From contig CAZNYI010000003.1 of the NCBI GenBank assembly GCA_964577245.1, positions 1 to 33,704 on the forward strand: a stretch of DNA of 33,704 nucleotides, written 5' to 3'. A model generated the notes under the pieces. It did no database searches, had not been told where the DNA came from, and saw only the letters and a program-made list of their open reading frames with translations. This DNA is from an uncultured Candidatus Saccharibacteria bacterium (GTDB lineage Bacteria; Patescibacteriota; Minisyncoccia; UBA6257; 2-01-FULL-56-20). The position numbers and the translations under genes are program-made. Below, piece after piece: positions 1-6,935 of this stretch (position 1 is the first letter of the stretch; every line of letters begins with the position of its first letter).

Positions 1-153
1 TCGTTTGATACGGCAGACGAAGCCGTGGAATCCGTGCAAGCGTTCCTGCGAAAAGGGGATCTGGTCTTGGTAAAAGGATCCCATTCCATGGAGCTCAATA
101 AAGTAGTGGAAGGAATAAAGTTTATGATGCCGTCATCGTCTAGCCTGGCCTAG
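1..153 (+). CDS. murF: C-terminal fragment of a Mur ligase, most like UDP-MurNAc-pentapeptide synthetase MurF (5' end outside the window)
   Basis: Frame-1 ORF is open from the window edge to TAG 151-153. The translation ...GDLVLVKGSHSMELNKVVEGIKF resembles the KGS-x-x-M-x-L-x-x-VV C-terminus of MurF-type ligases. Similarity judged by eye only. Confidence 0.55.
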   Translation, partial: SFDTADEAVESVQAFLRKGDLVLVKGSHSMELNKVVEGIKFMMPSSSSLA

Positions 154-203
154 GACGTCGCCCTCTCACGGCGAAAACTCGGGTTCGAATCCCGATGGCG
201 GTA
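129..203 (+). tRNA. tRNA-Glu, anticodon CUC, no encoded CCA
   Basis: Cloverleaf folded by hand. Acceptor 129-135/196-202 (two G-U pairs). D arm 138-141/153-156. Anticodon stem 158-162/170-174, loop CTCTCAC with CTC at 165-167. T arm 179-183/191-195 with TTCGAAT loop. Discriminator A203. The TCGTCTAG...GGAC D region is typical of tRNA-Glu. Confidence 0.85.
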
Positions 204-293
204 CAACGATAGCAAAACAGGAATGTAGGTTTTGAAAGCAGCTAGAGATTTACTGCTTTCAAAACCTACATTCCTGTTTTGCTATCGTTGTAC
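201..293. repeat. 41-bp perfect inverted repeat (AT-rich hairpin with an 11-nt loop) abutting the tRNA 3' end
   Basis: 201-241 is the exact reverse complement of 253-293, checked base by base. The loop 242-252 is ctagagattta. The left arm begins inside the last 3 nt of the tRNA-Glu gene. Confidence 0.9.
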
Positions 294-300
294 TTTCATT

Positions 301-445
301 GGGGGATTCGAACGGCAGGGGTGGGTCGGAGGGGGCGGCCCGCCCCCTCCGTGTTGGAGGGTCGCGCGTTTCGCGCGACAGTGCGGCACCGTGGGTGCCG
401 CAGGAGCGAAGCCGGTCTTACCGGCGAGCGACGTTCGAATCCCTC
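301..445. other. GC-rich nested-palindrome module; candidate structured ncRNA or MITE/REP-like element, class unknown
   Basis: A 14-bp closing inverted repeat 301-314/432-445 (one G-U) contains TTCGAA. Inside are four perfect palindromes with 3-nt loops: 328-337/341-350, 361-368/372-379, 383-390/394-401, 411-416/420-425. The tracked ORFs here translate to Gly/Pro/Arg low-complexity strings. Confidence 0.5.
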
Positions 446-535
446 TTATTTGACCAGGAGCATATATTGTTGTTCAATAAAAGGTGCCGGAGCGGATCGC
501 TTTGGTACGATTAAAAGAGAAGAAATTTATTTTTG

Positions 536-1801
536 ATGAAAACAAAGCCGGATTTCAAAAAGGCGAGTTGGTTAAACAAGTATAGGAGTAATATTGACTT
601 AGAACCATTTTTCCAGAGGGGAACGGTTTGGAGCGATGATAAAAAGCAATATTTTATCGACTCACTTCTGAAGGGATGGGGAACACCAAAGATATTTCTT
701 TGGGAGACCGGCAAAGATTCTTATGCCTGTCTTGATGGTAAGCAACGGCTGACTAGTCTATTTAAGTTTATGGCAGACAAGTTGCCACTTAAGGAAGATT
801 ATTCTCGAGGATACGGAGGAAGAAAATATTCTAAGTTGTCAGTTGCCATCCAAGATGCAATAGATAATTACAATTTTTCCGTAGAAATGTTGACTGAAGT
901 TGAAGGCGATGAGGCTATAGAGCTTTATAAACGGCTACAAGGAGGAACACCGCTTAATTTTGGAGAGAAGCTGTTTTCAATGTCGGGGAATATGAATGAC
1001 TTTATCAAGCGTCGGCTAAGCGCAAAAACTTTTTTCAAAGAAAGAATATCACTTCCAGATACAAGGTATTCTCATTATGCTGTTTGTGCTCAATTGTGTT
1101 TGCTAAGCATAAAGGGCGCAAAAGAGGATTTAAAACTAAAAAACTTAGAGAAGTTTTTTAAAGAGTACCACAACTTTAATTACAAAAGTCCAGAGGCAAA
1201 AAAGATTTTTGATGTTGTGCGGCACCTAGAAAAAGCATTTCCAAATAAAAACGATGCCGCGTTAAGAAATAGGGCGAGTGTTGTATCAATATTCTACTTA
1301 TTAGCAGATATATCCGCCCGAGGCGATATTTCTGGGCGAGAGAAAGAGATAGGTCTTTTCTTTAGTCGATTTGTAAAAAAAATTCAGAAAGAGCTTGATA
1401 AAAAGCCTGAGAATCGCAACCCAGCGTTGTTGAGCTATCAATCAGCGGTTACGCAGGGAGCAGATAAAATAAAATCAATAAATATACGACACGGCGTATT
1501 ACTGAAGGAACTAGAAGAAAAAAACAGATTTTTTTATAGCCTCCTTAATCCAATATCTCCGCAGGATCAATTTGCAAAAGCTTATAATGAGGCACGAAAA
1601 AAACTAAAAATTACAAGCATTGGCGCATTTGATGAATGGCTGATTAGAAACAAGGGACAAGTAGATATAAAATGTCCCGCGTCTCACGCTAGGGGAGAAA
1701 CGTTCATTGGCCACATCCTCAACTGTATCCACCATCCCGAACATGGAACTTTCTTGGTTAATAAGTTGGGAACGGCAACTAAGATTTTAAAAAGCATTTA
1801 A
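536..1801 (+). CDS. DUF262 (GmrSD/ParB-like N-terminal domain) protein
   Basis: FFQRGTVWS and LDGKQRLTSL match the QR-x-x-VW and DGQQR signatures of DUF262. Start is ATG 536; TTG 533 is in frame. No DUF1524/HNH-type C-terminal motif is recognisable by eye. AT-rich coding sequence. Confidence 0.7.
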   Translation: MKTKPDFKKASWLNKYRSNIDLEPFFQRGTVWSDDKKQYFIDSLLKGWGTPKIFLWETGKDSYACLDGKQRLTSLFKFMADKLPLKEDYSRGYGGRKYSKLSVAIQDAIDNYNFSVEMLTEVEGDEAIELYKRLQGGTPLNFGEKLFSMSGNMNDFIKRRLSAKTFFKERISLPDTRYSHYAVCAQLCLLSIKGAKEDLKLKNLEKFFKEYHNFNYKSPEAKKIFDVVRHLEKAFPNKNDAALRNRASVVSIFYLLADISARGDISGREKEIGLFFSRFVKKIQKELDKKPENRNPALLSYQSAVTQGADKIKSINIRHGVLLKELEEKNRFFYSLLNPISPQDQFAKAYNEARKKLKITSIGAFDEWLIRNKGQVDIKCPASHARGETFIGHILNCIHHPEHGTFLVNKLGTATKILKSI

Positions 1802-1823
1802 TAATGCGCAAGCACAGCGCACC

Positions 1824-1853
1824 TTGACAAACGCACCAATAATGTGGTACCAT
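1824..1853 (+). promoter_or_regulatory. sigma70-like promoter for the 470-aa gene
   Basis: TTGACA 1824-1829, 18-nt spacer, TGgTACCAT extended -10 ending at 1853. Confidence 0.4.
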
Positions 1854-1880
1854 TGTCACAGTATTTTTAACCCCGTCTTT

Positions 1881-1922
1881 CCTAGATAATTGCCCAATAG
1901 TTTTATTCGGCAGCTATCTAGG
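1881..1922 (+). promoter_or_regulatory. 5' UTR hairpin overlapping the Shine-Dalgarno site
   Basis: Arms 1881-1894 and 1909-1922 pair at 13 of 14 positions (one G-U, one mismatch). The 3' arm covers the first 3 nt of SD AGGAGGG (1920-1926). ATG is at 1934. Confidence 0.45.
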
Positions 1923-1933
1923 AGGGACCATAT

Positions 1934-3346
1934 ATGGACGCAAAATCAATCGCAGACCAAGCGCGCGAAAGGGCGAGAATCGCCCTCGAGCAAGAGCAAC
2001 TGAGACAACAAGAGGCCAAGGAACAGGAAAATCAGGAAGCTGCCCAGCGGCAGCGCTCCGACTACCCCGACATCCTCCGCGCCAAAATCTCCGCCGGATT
2101 GAACGTTGAAAAGACCGGCGACTACACGCAAGACCTCGCGGCGTTTCAGGGGCAGATGCGGGAATTCATCAACACGATTCCCGCCGCACTGCTCCTCAAA
2201 GCTGAATGCAGTATCCTGGCGCGAATCATCGGATACGCCGTCGAGATGCTGAGCATCGTCCCGGACATTCCGGCGCACATTCTCGGAAGCAAACCGAGCG
2301 AAGACCGGCTCAAGCCGTACATCGACCAGGTGCTTCATCGCAATCTCCGCGCTCGTACGTTCGCCAACCTTCTCTCGGACGCCGAAGTTCGCGAGCGGCT
2401 GTACGCGACCTGCGAGCCGGAAACGTTTGAAGCGCGCCTCAACGCGCTGGCCGGGGAAGTCCAACAGGCCAAACCCACGGTCGGCGACTCGGACGCCTTT
2501 CAGGCGGACTGTCGCAGTCGTTGGATAAAGGTTTTCGAAGCGGTCGAGGCGGTCAACGCAATCGGCTACTTCCAGACCAACGGAACCTACATCCTTCGCG
2601 CCAACATCAACTGGAAGGCTGGATGGCGGTACGATTCTGGCATGGGGTACGTCGCCGACACGACCGATCGGACGTTCATTCTCTCCCGGATCAACCAGGG
2701 AGCGGAAGTCGCCCGCATCGCGAAGATTGTCGAGACGCTGAAGGGTTGGACGGTTGCGCTCGAAACGCTGCCGCCCCAAACCAAGAAAGCGCTCGACGAA
2801 CTGGAGTGCGAAGCCTATCGTGCGACGGCGCTCGGAAAGCTCATCCGCAGCTTGGAGGTGTTCGGTGTCTGGTCGACCAACCAGTGCATCGACACGACCT
2901 CGCATCCGTACCACGTGGGAGAACTCGCCGAACCGTTTCTCGAGATGCTCAACGAGTATGCGGCAGTGAGTCCCGTTTCGGCGGTGGTCATCCTGCATCG
3001 CATGGCGAGCACGGTTGGCAGTTGCTACGGCTACAATTGCCCCGAAGAGAGCCTAGTCGACAATGGCAGGGAGCCTGCCGCGTGGATCGACGTTTTCAAG
3101 CTCCCGGAAGTCCGCTCGGTCTTTCAGGGCAAGCGCAGTCCCAAGTGGGTTGCGCTTCAGGTCCACCGGCTGTTCGCGGTGTGCCGGCAATACATCAACT
3201 GGCGGAAGGACAGTTGGCAAGACTGGCACTTCCGCCAAGGCGCCGAACCGAAAGACATCGCCGAGCAGTGGCTCAAAGTGCGCAACGACGAGGCCTATTG
3301 GCAGGCACTCGCGGAAGAAGAAAGGCGCCGCCGGGAGAGCGCGTAG
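1934..3346 (+). CDS. hypothetical protein, 470 aa, with charged coiled-coil-like termini
   Basis: Long GC-rich ORF. SD AGGAGGG lies 7 nt upstream of ATG 1934. An intrinsic terminator follows at 3385-3418. No recognisable domain. Confidence 0.65.
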   Translation: MDAKSIADQARERARIALEQEQLRQQEAKEQENQEAAQRQRSDYPDILRAKISAGLNVEKTGDYTQDLAAFQGQMREFINTIPAALLLKAECSILARIIGYAVEMLSIVPDIPAHILGSKPSEDRLKPYIDQVLHRNLRARTFANLLSDAEVRERLYATCEPETFEARLNALAGEVQQAKPTVGDSDAFQADCRSRWIKVFEAVEAVNAIGYFQTNGTYILRANINWKAGWRYDSGMGYVADTTDRTFILSRINQGAEVARIAKIVETLKGWTVALETLPPQTKKALDELECEAYRATALGKLIRSLEVFGVWSTNQCIDTTSHPYHVGELAEPFLEMLNEYAAVSPVSAVVILHRMASTVGSCYGYNCPEESLVDNGREPAAWIDVFKLPEVRSVFQGKRSPKWVALQVHRLFAVCRQYINWRKDSWQDWHFRQGAEPKDIAEQWLKVRNDEAYWQALAEEERRRRESA

Positions 3347-3384
3347 AGATCGGCAGTATTGATTGATTGCGTTCATCTTGAACC

Positions 3385-3418
3385 GGCCGCAGGACAACTC
3401 TGTTCTGCGGCCTTTTTT
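3385..3418 (+). terminator. intrinsic terminator
   Basis: Stem GGCCGCAG 3385-3392 / CTGCGGCC 3405-3412, followed by T6 at 3413-3418. Confidence 0.8.
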
Positions 3419-3482
3419 ATTGCTATGAGAAGCATCTCTAATTCGCACCGACTTTACCTCCAACGCGAGCGCATCAAAATGA

Positions 3483-3495
3483 TATAATCAATCAC
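3483..3495 (+). promoter_or_regulatory. -10 box placed for a leaderless transcript
   Basis: TATAAT 3483-3488, 7 nt, then ATG 3496. No SD. Confidence 0.5.
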
Positions 3496-3984
3496 ATGGA
3501 AGTCGTCCTAACCTCGAACGAACAAAAACTCGTAGACTACTCAAAAGAGGCGATCGTCGCTTATAACAAGATGCGCCACGAACGAGGCGACATTGATACG
3601 CTGTATTCTTTTGTGATGTCAGACAGCGGAAAAATATACGACGGCGTATGCTTTGAGCCAAATATCGCCCAAGCTACCGTTTGCGGAGAGCGCCATGCCA
3701 TACAAAATATGGTGTTGAAAGAATCATATAAAGCAAAGATAGAAACTATCGTGGTTGCCGATCCAGTTCCAGAAGTACAAAAAAAGAGCACCCCTCCTTG
3801 CGGTACGTGCCGACATCTCATTTGGCAGTTTGGTAATCCTGACGCGACGGTTATTCTGATGCAATATATCCAAGGGAAGAACGGGTGGACTTTTCCAAAG
3901 ATGGAGAAGTACACGATCAAAGAGTTATATCCGCATCCATATGAACCCGTGGAAGGTCTCTGGAATAACTGGGAGCCGAAGTAA
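3496..3984 (+). CDS. cytidine / blasticidin-S deaminase-like zinc deaminase
   Basis: CGERHAI corresponds to the C-A-E motif (Gly in place of Ala). PPCGTCRHLIW corresponds to PCxxC. Size (162 aa) fits the homotetrameric CDA family. Confidence 0.7.
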   Translation: MEVVLTSNEQKLVDYSKEAIVAYNKMRHERGDIDTLYSFVMSDSGKIYDGVCFEPNIAQATVCGERHAIQNMVLKESYKAKIETIVVADPVPEVQKKSTPPCGTCRHLIWQFGNPDATVILMQYIQGKNGWTFPKMEKYTIKELYPHPYEPVEGLWNNWEPK

Positions 3985-3987
3985 CCC

Positions 3988-4713
3988 ATGAAGGAATATT
4001 TTGGTAAGAGCTCCAAGGTATACGAGCAAACGCGGGGCAAGCGCTTTGTCCTCATCCCTGCCATAAGGCGCAATCTTAAAAAATCATCTAACGGGAAATT
4101 ATTGGATGTTGGCTGTGGGATAGGAGACCTATCATTAGTGGCAAATGCAAAAGGATATACCTATTATGGCGTTGATGTTTCAAAAGACATGATCGCGCGC
4201 GCCAAGCAGATTTTTCCAAGCGGAAAATTTATCGTGGCCTCCGCAACCAATTTCTCCTCCCATTTCAAAGAGAAGTTTGATGTCATATTATTGAGCATGC
4301 TTTTGCCGGCGATCAAAGAAGAGAAGGACCTGCTCAAAACCCTTCAAGAGTGCAAGAAAGTATTAAAACCCCACGGAGAAATTATCCTCGGCGAGCCCTA
4401 TCCGACATTTGATGGCTACATGCAGTCGTCTCTCTTCCAGCGTAAGGACGTTAAAACAAAATTTGCCGGGTATTTTGCGTCGGGCACTCCGGTTTCCATA
4501 ACGCACAAAATGGGCAAAGGGCGTCTCACGTTTAATGACTATCACCGGACGCTCGCCGACTACTGGAATGTAATAAAAAAAGCGGGGCTTGCGGTGGATC
4601 GTCTGGATGAATGCCCTCCCGACAAGACCGCCATGAAATTTGATAAATCATTCTATCGGGACAGGTCTCGTTTCCCAACGTATCTACTTCTCGTCTGTAA
4701 GGCGGGGGATTAA
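3988..4713 (+). CDS. class I SAM-dependent methyltransferase
   Basis: LLDVGCGIGDLS matches motif I, with downstream FDVILLSM and LKPHGEIILGEP. The gene starts 3 nt after the deaminase stop. Confidence 0.75.
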   Translation: MKEYFGKSSKVYEQTRGKRFVLIPAIRRNLKKSSNGKLLDVGCGIGDLSLVANAKGYTYYGVDVSKDMIARAKQIFPSGKFIVASATNFSSHFKEKFDVILLSMLLPAIKEEKDLLKTLQECKKVLKPHGEIILGEPYPTFDGYMQSSLFQRKDVKTKFAGYFASGTPVSITHKMGKGRLTFNDYHRTLADYWNVIKKAGLAVDRLDECPPDKTAMKFDKSFYRDRSRFPTYLLLVCKAGD

Positions 4714-4751
4714 ATAGAATCGCTCAAATGTCGTTGCGAGCTCTCCTTCGC

Positions 4752-4782
4752 AAAAAAAGGGAGCTATCTTGCGACAACTCCC
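4752..4782 (-). terminator. intrinsic terminator for the 4797-5117 gene
   Basis: Minus-strand stem GGGAGTT/AGCTCCC (plus 4759-4765 / 4776-4782) is followed by T7 (plus A-run 4752-4758). Confidence 0.7.
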
Positions 4783-4796
4783 GACGTGAGGTTCTT

Positions 4797-5117
4797 TCAC
4801 GATGCCTGCGAGGATGGGTCGGACGTTCTGACCGCAACGAATCCCTTGATGAAACAGTGTGGGAACTGGTGGTAGAGGTCGCCCCTATCTTCGAGGGAAA
4901 ATCCTGTCACCTGGGCGATGAGCATGAAAAGCGTTGCGATTTGGTACGCATTGAGAGCCGGCGGAAGCCACTGGCGGAGGCGGCGACCAGTTTCGATGTC
5001 GAAATTGATCCTGAGCCCATTCCGGCAAACGAACCAATCTCCATCCTGGAAGTCGTATAGCAGCGCATCGCCGGGCCGCAATTCCAAGCTCGTATCGTGG
5101 GCAATCTGACTTGTCAT
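4797..5117 (-). CDS. hypothetical protein, 106 aa
   Basis: SD AGGAGC (plus 5124-5129) lies 6 nt upstream of ATG 5117. Promoter 5136-5164 and terminator 4752-4782 flank it. C/G-ending codons dominate. A same-phase antisense ORF (4728-5060) competes. Confidence 0.5.
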   Translation of the reverse strand: MTSQIAHDTSLELRPGDALLYDFQDGDWFVCRNGLRINFDIETGRRLRQWLPPALNAYQIATLFMLIAQVTGFSLEDRGDLYHQFPHCFIKGFVAVRTSDPSSQAS

Positions 5118-5135
5118 GGGAATGCTCCTACTGGA

Positions 5136-5164
5136 CTTATAGCGTGGGCGGTTATGAAAGTCAA
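5136..5164 (-). promoter_or_regulatory. sigma70-like promoter
   Basis: On the minus strand: TTGACT (5159-5164), 17-nt spacer, TATAAG (5136-5141). Confidence 0.5.
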
Positions 5165-5223
5165 TAAATCGTAATGCTTCAATGGCTTGGAATAATCAAA
5201 ATCATTCACGATTACATCCTCCC

Positions 5224-5256
5224 TAAAATTTTAAAGGCGCAGCTAGTAGCTGCGCC
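5224..5256 (-). terminator. intrinsic terminator for the 5293-5577 gene
   Basis: Palindrome GGCGCAGC...GCTGCGCC at 5236-5256, followed on the minus strand by a T/A-rich run (plus 5224-5235). Confidence 0.7.
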
Positions 5257-5292
5257 AAGGCGAAAACGGATGGAAGTAGTTGTAGATCGCGC

Positions 5293-5577
5293 TTACGGGG
5301 CGACCTCTTGGTCGGCCGGAAATGAGTTGTTCCTCGCGAGCCACCGTTCCACAACCTTGGCCAGATCGGCCGGATTTGTGAGCTCGGGCGTCTCCTCGAG
5401 GAAGTAACCGTCTTCAAGTTCGGCGCGCATGGCCTCCAGCGCGCGTCCACGCCAAACGTTTTTGACGGCAAGGCCAATCTTCGCCGCCGCTGCCTCGATG
5501 GAGTCGGCAGCTACGATCCCGAACGGCATGCATTGCGTTCTTTCATCGGGAATCAGCCCGGTTAAGTCGAAGAGCAC
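5293..5577 (-). CDS. hypothetical protein, 94 aa
   Basis: GTG start at 5577 with SD AGGAGG (plus 5585-5590) 7 nt upstream. A terminator lies downstream. GC-rich. Confidence 0.5.
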   Translation of the reverse strand: MLFDLTGLIPDERTQCMPFGIVAADSIEAAAAKIGLAVKNVWRGRALEAMRAELEDGYFLEETPELTNPADLAKVVERWLARNNSFPADQEVAP

Positions 5578-5678
5578 GATCGCACCTCCTGAGAATGTTG
5601 TACATCACATTGCGTTGCCTTGTCAATTTAGCGCGCGCCGTTCAACCCCATCATTCTAAAATAATTCTAAAACCCACC

Positions 5679-5708
5679 TTGACTTCTCCCAAAATACGGC
5701 CTTATACT
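5679..5708 (+). promoter_or_regulatory. promoter placed for a leaderless hicB-like transcript
   Basis: TTGACT 5679-5684, 18-nt spacer, TATACT 5703-5708, then 8 nt to ATG 5717. Confidence 0.5.
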
Positions 5709-5716
5709 ACCTATTG

Positions 5717-6064
5717 ATGAACACTCTAAAAACGCGCGTCGTCAACACTAAAAAGAGCGGCATTGTTCACTTTGTCTATGTCTCAAACGACAAAGGTGCT
5801 TTTGGTATTTGTTTGGATTTTAATATTGTAGAAGAGGGTGCTACTGAGGCCGAGGTGCGTAAACACCTTGAAATCGCGGTTGCTTTGCACATAGAAACGG
5901 TTCGCGAAAAAAATCTTTCCGACGATCTTTTGAACCGTCTTGCTCCGCAAGAGTATTGGGATATGTATGATGACTTTCACACCAAGAAATCTGCCAAGGG
6001 AAAAAATTCTTTGCGGGTAGAGGGAATGGAATATACAAAAACCGCTTTGCCGATGGGCGTGTAA
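5717..6064 (+). CDS. HicB/UPF0150-like antitoxin
   Basis: GAFGICLDFNIVEEGATEAEVRKHLEIAVALHIE resembles the HicB N-terminal fold signature (G-x-T-x-E-E-A...A). It lies directly upstream of a HicA-like ORF. Confidence 0.5.
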   Translation: MNTLKTRVVNTKKSGIVHFVYVSNDKGAFGICLDFNIVEEGATEAEVRKHLEIAVALHIETVREKNLSDDLLNRLAPQEYWDMYDDFHTKKSAKGKNSLRVEGMEYTKTALPMGV

Positions 6065-6079
6065 TGCTTTCCAATCATC

Positions 6080-6352
6080 ATGGCGAGCGGCATTAGTAAT
6101 TGGAGCCATGATGACGTAATTGAGTTTTTGGAATACCACGGCTTTTCTTTCGGAAAAGAGCTCGGTGGTTCTCATAGCGCATGGATAAGCCACGATAGCA
6201 AATGTGTGGTTGATGTAAATCTAACGAAATCGTCCTATCCAGAATTAACTATGCTGACAATAATAAGCAACTCTGGGTTGAGTAAAGAACATTGGCGAAA
6301 GTGGACCACGCTCAGTAAAAGCCTGAAAAAGAAGCTGGTTTGTTGCCGCTAA
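6080..6352 (+). CDS. HicA-like mRNA interferase toxin
   Basis: DVIEFLEYHGFSFGKELGGSHSAW matches the HicA/YcfA pattern (L-x-x-x-G-F...GSH). 90 aa. Confidence 0.55.
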   Translation: MASGISNWSHDDVIEFLEYHGFSFGKELGGSHSAWISHDSKCVVDVNLTKSSYPELTMLTIISNSGLSKEHWRKWTTLSKSLKKKLVCCR

Positions 6353-6361
6353 GAAGGTCTT

Positions 6362-6832
6362 ATGCTAAAGCAATTCTCCTATCAATTTATCGCGGGTCCG
6401 TTCCCGACTCGTGAAGAGCTCCAAGGGGACTGGCAGATAGGCAATTGCCGTCGTGCCCTGCAGTACTATGTTTTGCAATCAAAAGGATTATTTCTAAAGC
6501 CAGACGAGGTATTGTCTCCGGGTGCTTATCATAAAACAGGGACTTTCGTATTTAAGAAGGGTGAGAAGATAGACCTTGGCGCGCTCAAAACCGGCGATAT
6601 AATTTATGCCGAACGGATCAGGAGTAAAGCCGGAGAGCTTGTTGATAAGAGCGAGCAGGGATTCCCAACCGAAGATGATTATATTACTTCACTGCACACC
6701 GCGATTTGGATCGGTGAACCCGGCAAGGAAATTTGGCATTCAACTGCGGTTGAGGGCAGTAGCTGTTCTTGGGTACTAGGACGCTTCCAATATTTTTATC
6801 GCATCGTTGCGGCGAAGAGAATCACGACCTAG
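6362..6832 (+). CDS. NlpC/P60-like (papain-fold) protein, tentative
   Basis: The ordered elements GNCRRALQYY, GDIIYA and LHTAIWIG...IWHST fit the Cys...GD-x-x-F...H-x-x-I-Y-x-G...H layout of C40 peptidases. By eye only. Confidence 0.4.
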   Translation: MLKQFSYQFIAGPFPTREELQGDWQIGNCRRALQYYVLQSKGLFLKPDEVLSPGAYHKTGTFVFKKGEKIDLGALKTGDIIYAERIRSKAGELVDKSEQGFPTEDDYITSLHTAIWIGEPGKEIWHSTAVEGSSCSWVLGRFQYFYRIVAAKRITT

Positions 6833-6870
6833 TTTGTGAAATTGTTCGAAGGCCATCCAGCCCCGCTCAA

Positions 6871-6910
6871 AATTAAAAAAGGCCCCGCTGCAACAGCTGA
6901 AGCGGGGCCT
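6871..6910 (-). terminator. intrinsic terminator for the 6936-7274 gene
   Basis: Stem AGGCCCCGCT 6880-6889 / AGCGGGGCCT 6901-6910. A T-run follows on the minus strand (plus A-run 6875-6880). Confidence 0.7.
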
Positions 6911-6935
6911 CTGGCTGGCGGCGGGGCGAGCGCGG

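Noticed and set aside
201-445. Retron msr/msd-like ncRNA (long hairpin plus structured RNA)
   Set aside because: No reverse transcriptase gene lies on either side, and the order and orientation of the elements do not fit msr-msd.
301-456. tmRNA, or an intact second tRNA
   Set aside because: GGATTCGAACGG...GGGTGGGTCGGAG resembles the 5' part of tmRNA, and the right end mimics T-loop + 5 + 7 + A + CCA. However, there is no tag ORF, the element is about 150 nt rather than about 350 nt, the T stem (429-433 / 441-445) cannot pair, and no matching 5' acceptor strand exists.
232-536. Three overlapping plus-strand ORFs (73, 85 and 71 aa) across the palindromic module
   Set aside because: Their translations are Gly/Pro/Arg low-complexity strings. 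They are generated by GC-rich perfect palindromes, and no start signals are present.
1946-2998. 350-aa minus-strand ORF inside the 470-aa gene
   Set aside because: It is an Arg/Gly/Val-rich antisense shadow ORF typical of GC-rich coding DNA. It has no SD or promoter, whereas the plus-strand gene has SD, promoter and terminator.
4728-5060. 110-aa plus-strand ORF, same phase and antisense to 4797-5117, with TAGAAT 7 nt before its ATG
   Set aside because: Its first 50 nt contain the A7 run and the hairpin that form a good terminator for the minus-strand gene. The minus-strand ORF has SD, promoter and C/G-ending codon bias. This remains a real ambiguity.
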